37,268 bases of DNA, from positions 1 through 37,268 of the forward strand of contig JAGGWF010000095.1 in the NCBI GenBank assembly GCA_021157685.1, written 5' to 3'. This document shows positions 30,573-37,268 of the stretch, in pieces. This DNA is from Planctomycetota bacterium (GTDB taxonomy: Bacteria > Planctomycetota > Phycisphaerae > Sedimentisphaerales > Anaerohalosphaeraceae). Numbering within the stretch: the first letter of the stretch is position 1; each line of letters opens with the position of its first letter. The position numbers and the translations under genes were made by a program. The notes beneath the pieces were generated by a model. It worked only from the letters and a program-made list of their open reading frames with translations. It did not search any database and had not been told where the DNA came from.

Positions 30573-32303
30573 TCAACTCTTTATTTGTCCGGGTAGATCA
30601 AGGCCTAAACGCGACAGCAAAATCGCTTGGTGTTCGGTCGGTCTGCCAACGCAGCGACGGCGAATATCTACGTTTTTTCGAGTCGGCAACACCACGTCCA
30701 CCACGCTGATCTTACTTAATTCGTCAAATATTCGTCGCGGTTCATCACCCAGGCCTGCGGCTTTAGCCATCTGATGCAGCGTCTTCCATAACACATAAGC
30801 CAGGAAACATACCAAAATATGAGCCAACACCCAGTCTTTTTTCTGGTGCCAAACCGGCCTGATCTTCAGATCGCTTTTATGGATCCGAAACACAGCTTCA
30901 GCTTCGGTCAACTGAATATAAGCATGCCATAAATCCTCAGCCAACCAGTCGGTAACATTCGTACAAAGCAGATAACAACCTTCATTGAGTTTTGCCCATG
31001 CTCTCCAGTTTTCCTTCTTTGTCCAACTGATGGTTGTACGGCCATCTGCCTCTTTTACTTCAACTTCAAACAGTCCGGCTGCCCGGCTGTTTTTGGCCAT
31101 AATACTGCCGACCCTGCGATCAATAGTTTCTTTCTTATACTTACGTTTTTCGCAACCGCTCCTGAGCTTTTCCAGTGCGATATCAATTCGCTGTTCAAAT
31201 CGCTGATGCATAGCTTTTTCTTTCTCTCTGCGATCCTGGCTGCGACACAAAATGTATGTTTCCCGGTCGTCATCCGGCGACTGACACAACTTCACTTCAA
31301 GTCCTTGACGAAGTGTCTTCCAATTTTCCTGAAGCAATTGCCGCTCAAACTTTTTCAACGTACCTTTTGATGCACCGATAATATACTTACGATTCCCCGA
31401 TTTCATAAACTCAATATTCTCTTTGCTCATCATACCGCGATCACCACACCATATACGGTCGGCTTTGCCGTAATAAGCTTCCATTTTCGTAACGATTTCC
31501 TGCCATGTTTTGACATCGTTTTTATTGCCCTCGAAAACTTCATATCCCAAAGGCATGCCACATTTGGACACTACCAAGCCAATACAAACCTGTTTACAGT
31601 CAGAGCGTTTGTCACGTGAATAATCTCGTTGGGCCATAGGATTACCCAAACATTGACCTTCAAAATAAGTACTGGTAACATCATAAAGCAACAGATCGTA
31701 CTGTAAGTCAAACACAGTGCCAAGTCGATCTTTTAAATGTTTCTCCATGGATTTTTTGTGCGGCACAAGTTTGTCTAATGCGCGATACAATCGTTCGTCA
31801 TAAATCTTTTCCGCCGGTATACCCAATAACTCCGGTATAGCTGTACTTTTATAATAATGCTCGGCAATATAAAGCTCGCTTGAGGGGTTGCACAAACGAC
31901 AGATCGCAAGCACCAAGGCCATCTTTGACCATGGTATGTCTTCTCTGCCCGGCGGCATGACAATTTCGAGCAATTCATCAAACTTGAGTTTATGTATCAA
32001 CTGCAAAGCAAGCCACGGCCCGCCAAAGTCCAGCTGGTTTTCAACGCGAATATTGGCAGTATCAATCTCTACCCATTGCGGTTCAGGTTTAGTGTCAGCA
32101 TCAAACAACTGTAGTTGCTTGAATGGAGACTTTTTATTGCCGTTAGCTGCTTGTTTAATCCCAAGCCATTCGGATTCCTTGAGTTATCCCAGATAAGAAA
32201 CAATACGTTGACGCAGCCCTCGATCTGTACGATAGGACTCAACCAATGCCCAGTATGCATAGTTCTTTCCATTCTTAAATCGATAACATGGCCTGATAAA
32301 CAT
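30573..32303 (-). pseudogene. IS1634-family transposase with an in-frame TAA at codon 40
   Basis: The track ORF (30573..32108) has the family motif LLLYDVTSTYFEG. The same frame continues upstream to ATG 32301-32303, giving MFIRPCYRFKNGKNYAYWALVESYRTDRGLRQRIVSYLG*LKESEWLG. It is interrupted only by TAA at 32184-32186. The total is 577 codons. Confidence 0.8.
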
Positions 32304-32490
32304 ACCCGCATTTTACAGCGAATTAAACACCGAACAAGTGGCAAGGTCTACACTACATTGCTTTTGGAAACGAGGACCCACATTTTAAGCAAAAACACAA
32401 AACTTCACCCACTATAACAAGCCCAAAATGCACAAAGTAGCCAAAACGAGGACGCAAAAAAAACAAAAAACTTTTTTCTCACATACATAG

Positions 32491-32507
32491 TGTGGAACTT
32501 GGGTTAA
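32491..32507. repeat. IS1634-family terminal inverted repeat (right)
   Basis: TGTGGAACTTGGGTTAA. Confidence 0.85.
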
Positions 32508-32639
32508 TGTTCACAACGCCAAAACACAACTGGCCCCATCATCTTTCCATCTTGACCCGGAAATGCACATTCGCTGTTTGACCAAAAGGGGATATTTACA
32601 TGACTCCACTGGGCACTATCCCTTGTGGTTGACCAACAA

Positions 32640-32900
32640 ATTGAATGAAACGGGTTCGACCTACACAGCCCGTTGCGCCAGACGGCAGAAGAGCTTGCCT
32701 CGAGTTCTATCGGCGTTTTTGGATAATTTTCTACCCTAGAGCAGTACACTGCATATTGGGGCTGGTGGAGGGAAGTAAATACCCCCTATTGACCAATGTC
32801 TTACCTGCTGCCTCTGTTACGCCGCTGCCGATAGGAAGATTATCTTTGATATGACGCGAATAAAACATCTTACTCTCATAAAAAATTCATATTTTTTAGG
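32640..32900 (-). pseudogene. Decayed C-terminal remnant of an ISKra4/ISLre2-like transposase
   Basis: My translation MFYSRHIKDNLPIGSGVTEAAGKTLVNR (32785-32868) fits the conserved M-x-Y-x8-LPIGSGxxExxxKxxVxxR block. The downstream NMQCTALG*KIIQKR resembles GMRWxxxGAxxILxLR with in-frame stops. Confidence 0.4.
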
Positions 32901-33014
32901 CATTTCCAGCTATAGTTGATGCCTGCGTCAAAAGTCAAAAAATGCCGAAAACAGTGGCGTTTTCTACCCATTATCACCGTTTTTAGTTGACGATTCAGAC
33001 TTTTGGCGGGCGCA

Positions 33015-34292
33015 TCATAGTCTCAACTTTCCTGCTGCTTTGATGGTTTTTCCTATATGTTTTTTGGTATGGGCAGTTGAGAGGAAATTGGCTTCGAACT
33101 GAGAGGGGGGTAGGTAGATTCCCATATTCAGCATCTGCCGGAAATAGTTTCCGTAGCGTTCGGTGTCACATTTGGAGGCGGTATCGAAATCGGTTACTTC
33201 GCAATCCGTAAAGAAGAGCGTGAACATTGAGCCGATGCGGTTGATTTTGTGAGGGATGCTTTTGCCGGTAAGCTGTTCGGTAATTCCATCGCACAGAGTT
33301 TTGGTGAGCTTGTCTAGTTTGCGGTAGGGCTTTGATGTTTCAAGCTGTTTAAGTGTGGCGATTCCGGCGGCTACGCAAACCGGATTTCCGGAAAGTGTTC
33401 CGGCTTGGTAGATCGCCCCATCTGGGGAGAGCTTGTTCATAATCGAGGCCTTGCCGCCGACGGCCCCGATGGGGAACCCGCCGCCAATGATCTTGCCCAG
33501 TGTGGTCAGATCGGGCTTTATTTTGTACTGCGTTTGCGCCCCACCATAGCACAGGCGAAAACAGCTGATAACCTCATCGAAGATTAGGATACTTTTATTT
33601 TGATTGCACAAACTTCTGATCTCATTAAGAAAATACGGCTTTGGCAAAACGGTGCCCATGTTCCCGGCGACCGGTTCGATAATGACCGCGGCGATCTGGT
33701 CGCCGTACTCTTTGAACAGCCGCATGACCGCTTCGACATCGTTATAAGGGGCGAGTAGGGTATTTTTTGCAAAATCGGCTGGTACGCCGGGGCTGGACGG
33801 TGTGCCCAGTGTCATCAGACCGGACCCAGCGCTGACGAGCATGTGATCGACATGACCGTGATAGCCGCCGATGAATTTAATGACCTTGTCCCGACCGGTG
33901 GCCCCGCGGGCCAGGCGGAGGGCGGTCATGACAGCTTCTGTGCCGGAGCTGACCATCCGGACTTTGTCGATGGAATCGAACGCGGAAACGATCATCTCGG
34001 CGAGTTGTGTTTCGCCGGCAGTCGGGATCCCGTAGCTGGTGCCTTTTGACATGACTTTCTTCACTTCAGAAAGCACATATTTATCCGCGTGCCCCAAGAT
34101 CATCGGCCCCCAAGACAGGCAGTAATCAATATATCGGTTTCCATCTTCGTCATAAAGGAATGGCCCTTTGGCTTTTTTAATAAAAATTGGCTCAGCCCCG
34201 ACGCTCTTGAACGCGCGAACCGGGCTGTTGACTCCGCCGGGAATGACTTGTTGGGCATTTTTGAAAAGCTGGGCGTTTTTATGATTTTTCAT
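33015..34292 (-). CDS. hemL: Glutamate-1-semialdehyde 2,1-aminomutase
   Basis: VIPGGVNSPVRAFKSVG and the PLP-lysine context TTLGKIIGGGFP. The probable start is ATG at 34292 (MKNHKNAQLF). Confidence 0.95.
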   Translation of the reverse strand: MKNHKNAQLFKNAQQVIPGGVNSPVRAFKSVGAEPIFIKKAKGPFLYDEDGNRYIDYCLSWGPMILGHADKYVLSEVKKVMSKGTSYGIPTAGETQLAEMIVSAFDSIDKVRMVSSGTEAVMTALRLARGATGRDKVIKFIGGYHGHVDHMLVSAGSGLMTLGTPSSPGVPADFAKNTLLAPYNDVEAVMRLFKEYGDQIAAVIIEPVAGNMGTVLPKPYFLNEIRSLCNQNKSILIFDEVISCFRLCYGGAQTQYKIKPDLTTLGKIIGGGFPIGAVGGKASIMNKLSPDGAIYQAGTLSGNPVCVAAGIATLKQLETSKPYRKLDKLTKTLCDGITEQLTGKSIPHKINRIGSMFTLFFTDCEVTDFDTASKCDTERYGNYFRQMLNMGIYLPPSQFEANFLSTAHTKKHIGKTIKAAGKLRL

Positions 34293-34372
34293 AGTATTTA
34301 GCCACGAATTTTTACTAATTTTTACTAACTTTTTTGCCACAGGACACAGAGTTCACAGAGCATTAATTTAGT

Positions 34373-34411
34373 ATGACAGCGCTGGTTTTTAATGAAAACC
34401 AGCGCTATCAT
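34373..34411. repeat. Long hairpin: 17-bp stem with one mismatch and a 5-nt loop
   Basis: ATGACAGCGCTGGTTTT-TAATG-AAAACCAGCGCTATCAT. No U-tract follows on either strand. Confidence 0.6.
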
Positions 34412-34512
34412 ATCAGGACGGTCAAACCGCAACCAAAATGTTAGTAATAGTTATGTAAAAGAAGTATAGTAGCATCCTAATAAATAATCACATTTATAGA
34501 AAAGATGCTACT

Positions 34513-34730
34513 ATGAAACTTGTCGAATTATACAAAGAAAAGATCATGGGTGCAATAAACGGTTTAGATAGAATACGATTTCGCGGGTCAATTCGCTGGC
34601 TTGCTACTCATACAGGTATTTCTACCTTTTTGAGCAGTCATAGTATTCTTCTCAAGGACTTTAAGTCCTGGGTTATGGAAAGAACCGCTAATATTCGACA
34701 AAATTGCGACCAGCAGGCCAAGGATTTGGG
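34513..34730 (+). pseudogene. N-terminal fragment (~72 aa) of an unidentified protein, broken at a junction with the IS110 fragment
   Basis: MKLVELYKEKIMGAINGLDRIRFRGSIRWLATHTGISTFL...LLKDFKSW. The frame dies at 34770, shortly after the reading frame of the IS110 fragment takes over. A 9-bp inverted repeat (34468-34476 and 34504-34512) abuts the ATG. Confidence 0.35.
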
Positions 34731-35128
34731 TACTGACCAGTATTCCTGGGGTCGGGCCACGAACCGCTGAGGCGGTGCTGGCCTATACCGATGATATTAG
34801 TCGGTTCAGTAATTACAAAAAGTATTGTGCCTACTTTGGCGTCACACCGAAACTGGACGAGAGCGGCTCGTTCCGTCGATTGGGTCATATCAGCAAACAG
34901 GGTCCGGCTGTGGTTCGATGGCTGTTATGCGAAAGCGGCTGGAAAGTGGTTCGGTACTGTCCGGGATTGCAGGCGTTTTATGAGCGGGTGATGGCTGGTC
35001 AGCAAAGCCGTAAGAAAATTGCGATTATCGTATTGACGCGGAAATTGCTGTGTATTATGCGGGCGATGCTAATGACGGGTGAGTTATTCAATGAAAAGCT
35101 GGTTCAGGAAGTATTAAAAGCGGCTTAA
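34715..35128 (+). pseudogene. 3' half of an IS110-family transposase (Tnp/Transposase_20 domain only; the DEDD/RuvC-like domain is missing)
   Basis: In the frame of track ORF 34775..35128 and upstream of it: LTSIPGVGPRTAEAVLAYTDDISRF...YFGVTPKLDESGSFRRLGHISKQGPAVVRWLL...ARKLLCIMRAML. This is the classic IS110-family HhH and SG...ISKxG block. Confidence 0.75.
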
Positions 35129-35292
35129 GAGATGTTTCAGGTTGACGGGACATATGTCCGCGAAATGTGAGTTCGCTTCGGTGGAGATCACGCCGCAGAG
35201 AATAGGACCTTTCGGCCGTATAAAGTTTGATGTGCCGATGGTTTGCCGGTGAGCACAAATAGGAGTTTGGGCAGTCAGCCTGCGAGCGTCCC

Positions 35293-35350
35293 GTCTTTGG
35301 GGTCTTAGACCCCTCTGGTTTTGGGTAAAGGGGCCAAAGACCCCAAAGAC
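35293..35350. repeat. 58-nt imperfect palindrome downstream of the IS110 fragment
   Basis: GTCTTTGGGGTCT (35293-35305) pairs perfectly with AGACCCCAAAGAC (35338-35350). The inner part can pair further. A second AGACCCC copy at 35308-35314 allows an alternative fold. Confidence 0.6.
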
Positions 35351-35520
35351 TAAAGGTGTAAAAATGCAATGAAAGAAAAAAACGAAAAAGCGAAATTTTG
35401 GACTTGAACGGCTCCGGTTCATAGGATTTCGCGGATTGGCGCGGATTTTTTTAAGAACTCATATCTAAAAACTCTTTTTCTATTTAATAATCAGTGAAAT
35501 CGGTGTAATCTGGTGGACCT

Positions 35521-36906
35521 ATGATTTTATCTGTTTTCCAAGGTCGTTTTTTTATGCTGCGGTGCTGTCTGCTCGTCGCGAGCATGCTGCTTGTAACGAT
35601 CGGGATCGTAACAATTTACGCGATTGGACATCCTGCGAATGAATTAAGAATTGAGAATGAAGAATTAAGAAATAACGGAAACAACTCAGGAACTCAGGAA
35701 CGCAAAGACGCAGGAACTCAAGAATATAAGGATAACCACCCCGGCCTTACGGCCACCCCTCCTTTGAAAGGAGGGGAGCTAACAGCGAAACCCAATAAAT
35801 ACTCCAATAAATGGAAAAAGCAGCTTGCTTTCGTGGGGGTGGGGCTGGTGTGCCTGGTCTTAGTGAATCTTTTTTCTTACCAGCGGCTGGGGCCGATCAG
35901 CTATGGGCTGTACGCGGTCGTTCTGATACTGCTGGCGCTGCTGCTGGTGGACCGCGTGATCGATCTGCCGTTTGTGAAAGAACGGTTTGGAATCCGCCGG
36001 TGGTTTAAGATCGGGTTCGGATTTCTGATCCAGCCGTCGGAGTTCTGCAAGATTACCTATGTCCTCGCGCTGGCGTGGTATCTGCGGTTTCGGTCCAATT
36101 TCCGCGAGTTTTGGGGACTGGTGGGCCCGTTCGCACTAACGCTGCTGGCGATGGTATTGATCCTGCTGGAGCCGGACCTGGGGACGACGCTGCTGCTGAT
36201 GCCGGTGCTGTTTACCATGCTGTTCGTCGCCGGGGCCAAGGTCAAGCATCTGGCGATCATCCTCTTCATCGGGCTGGCCGTTAGCCCGATCCTGTGGCAA
36301 TTCATGAAGCCGTACCAGCGAATGCGGATCTCCTCGGTGCTGCTGCAGAACAAAAAAATCATGAGAGCAGCCAAAAACAACGAAAAACTAGCCAAAATCC
36401 TCGTCGGCGATCCGGACAAACTGCGCACCTGGAAACGAGCCGATGGCTATCAACTGCTGCATGCCAAGCGGGCAATCGCCTCCGGCGGGCTGACGGGCTA
36501 CGGCTTTGGCAAGGGACCGTATCTGCAAAATCAAACATATCTCAAGCTGCCAGAGGCGGATAATGACCTGATTTTCGCGATGATCGGTCATCAGTTTGGG
36601 ATTCTCGGCTGCGGGACAGTAATATTGCTCTATATACTACTGATTGCCTGCGCGATCGAGCTGGCGTGGCTAAATACCGACCCGTTTGGTCGATTGGTCG
36701 CCGTGGGCATCGCGGCGATGTTCGCGGTCCAGATACTGGTCAATATCGGCATGGTGCTGGGGATGATGCCGATTACCGGCTTAACGCTGCCATTAGTCAG
36801 CTACGGCGGCTCCAGCATGGTCGCCAACCTCATCGCCATCGGCCTATTGAACAACATCGGCCGCCACCGACCCTTCTCCGTCGCCAAAAAACCCTTCGAA
36901 TACTAA
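35521..36906 (+). CDS. FtsW/RodA/SpoVE (SEDS) family peptidoglycan glycosyltransferase
   Basis: QPSEFCKI, LPEADNDLIFAMIG and GLTLPLVSYGGSSM motifs in a multi-pass membrane protein. The context does not separate RodA from FtsW. Confidence 0.9.
   Translation: MILSVFQGRFFMLRCCLLVASMLLVTIGIVTIYAIGHPANELRIENEELRNNGNNSGTQERKDAGTQEYKDNHPGLTATPPLKGGELTAKPNKYSNKWKKQLAFVGVGLVCLVLVNLFSYQRLGPISYGLYAVVLILLALLLVDRVIDLPFVKERFGIRRWFKIGFGFLIQPSEFCKITYVLALAWYLRFRSNFREFWGLVGPFALTLLAMVLILLEPDLGTTLLLMPVLFTMLFVAGAKVKHLAIILFIGLAVSPILWQFMKPYQRMRISSVLLQNKKIMRAAKNNEKLAKILVGDPDKLRTWKRADGYQLLHAKRAIASGGLTGYGFGKGPYLQNQTYLKLPEADNDLIFAMIGHQFGILGCGTVILLYILLIACAIELAWLNTDPFGRLVAVGIAAMFAVQILVNIGMVLGMMPITGLTLPLVSYGGSSMVANLIAIGLLNNIGRHRPFSVAKKPFEY
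35629..35820 (+). repeat. In-frame ~64-codon low-complexity/repeat insertion in the first extracytoplasmic loop of the SEDS gene
   Basis: It contains GAATTAAGAA twice (35641 and 35662). An imperfect 24-nt tandem repeat spans 35686-35709 and 35710-35733 (SGTQERKD/AGTQEYKD). There is a GGCC-TTAC-GGCC hairpin, and a perfect 10+10 palindrome CCCCTCCTTT-G-AAAGGAGGGG at 35756-35776. Confidence 0.7.
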
Positions 36907-37268
36907 GGAACCGCGACTAAATAACCTGTCTATTTCTCATCTCATCTTCACATTATCTTCAGCCGAATCTCAATCGCGAAATCCTCGACATAGAATAGCT
37001 ATGCCTGCGGTTTCACCGTAATCGATTGCGACTGAATCCAATGCAAATCTGAGCGATAAATGAACATTTTATTTATACGCAGCCCCTAAACAAAAACGCG
37101 GGATCGCAAACTCCCCGATGGGGCGATAGAAGCCATTATTTGCAGCAATTCCGCAACTTAAACTTTTTGTGTCTGTAAGTCCTTACAGGTAAGCATTTTC
37201 GCATTGATTTCCACAAAAACCAAATTCGCATTCGTTTTTTCTTGACTTTTCGTGCTCTTGCTGATATA

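Larger units (their letters stand above)
30493..32507 (-). mobile_element. IS1634-family insertion sequence (2015 bp) with perfect 17-bp terminal inverted repeats
   Basis: TTAACCCAAGTTCCACA at 30493-30509 and its exact reverse complement at 32491-32507 bracket the transposase gene. Confidence 0.8.

Noticed and set aside
32504-32749. 81-aa Cys/Trp-rich minus-strand ORF running into the IS1634 terminal repeat. It stays open across the IS if the IS is removed in silico, which at first suggested the upstream half of the IS3 remnant.
   Set aside because: The better-supported reading of this DNA is a different frame, carrying the decayed ISKra4-like GSGxxEA...MRW block with in-frame stops. The continuity across the junction is most likely chance.
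35088-35422. Two overlapping minus-strand ORFs (93 and 102 aa) downstream of the IS110 fragment
   Set aside because: They run through the long palindrome and low-complexity A/T runs. They have no domain and no RBS. I treat the region as non-coding.
35422-36985. AGGATTTCGCGGATTG (35422-35438) and its near reverse complement CAATCGCGAAATCCT (36971-36985), flanking the SEDS gene
   Set aside because: There is only an ~11-nt perfect core. Many such matches are expected by chance in 37 kb, and nothing else suggests the gene is mobile.
37243-37268. TTGACT, 17 nt, then TATA at the extreme right edge, resembling a strong promoter
   Set aside because: The -10 element and everything downstream are cut off by the window end, so it cannot be evaluated.

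Overview
The window is mostly a housekeeping chromosomal segment from a Gram-negative-type bacterium. My low-confidence guess from gene content and protein style is the PVC group (Planctomycetota/Phycisphaerae-like). It breaks into five parts. (1) 1-8.9 kb, minus strand: nusA-infB-rbfA, an HhH protein with a lysine-rich tail, hisG, yebC, acyP, a two-gene nucleotidyltransferase module, and a partial nrnA-like DHH gene. (2) 9.5-19.4 kb, plus strand: monomeric isocitrate dehydrogenase, then a tightly coupled LPS inner-core block (lpxK-hldE-gmhB-heptosyltransferase-LPS kinase-GT4) and plsY. (3) 19.4-21.2 kb: a single-ORF IS66-family element that truncated a YyaL-like gene and abuts an orphan AmmeMemoRadiSam radical SAM gene. 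(4) 22.5-27.4 kb: a 3D-domain protein, an orphan histidine kinase with a CXXCH periplasmic sensor, and aspS. (5) 27.9-35.5 kb: a visibly more AT-rich accessory stretch with a clan-A-like glycoside hydrolase of uncertain family. It also carries debris or copies of at least four further IS families (IS3, IS1634, ISKra4-like, IS110), with hemL stranded in the middle. An FtsW/RodA-family gene with an odd in-frame repeat insertion follows. I saw no rRNA, tRNA or CRISPR array. No classical defence system is recognisable. The candidates I would look at first are the overlapping small-protein/NTase pair, the membrane-anchored GmhB fusion, the heme-type sensor kinase, the unclassified glycosidase, the structured region 3' of the IS110 fragment, and the palindrome-bearing insertion inside the SEDS gene. 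All calls rest on reading the translations and sequence by eye; no searches were run.
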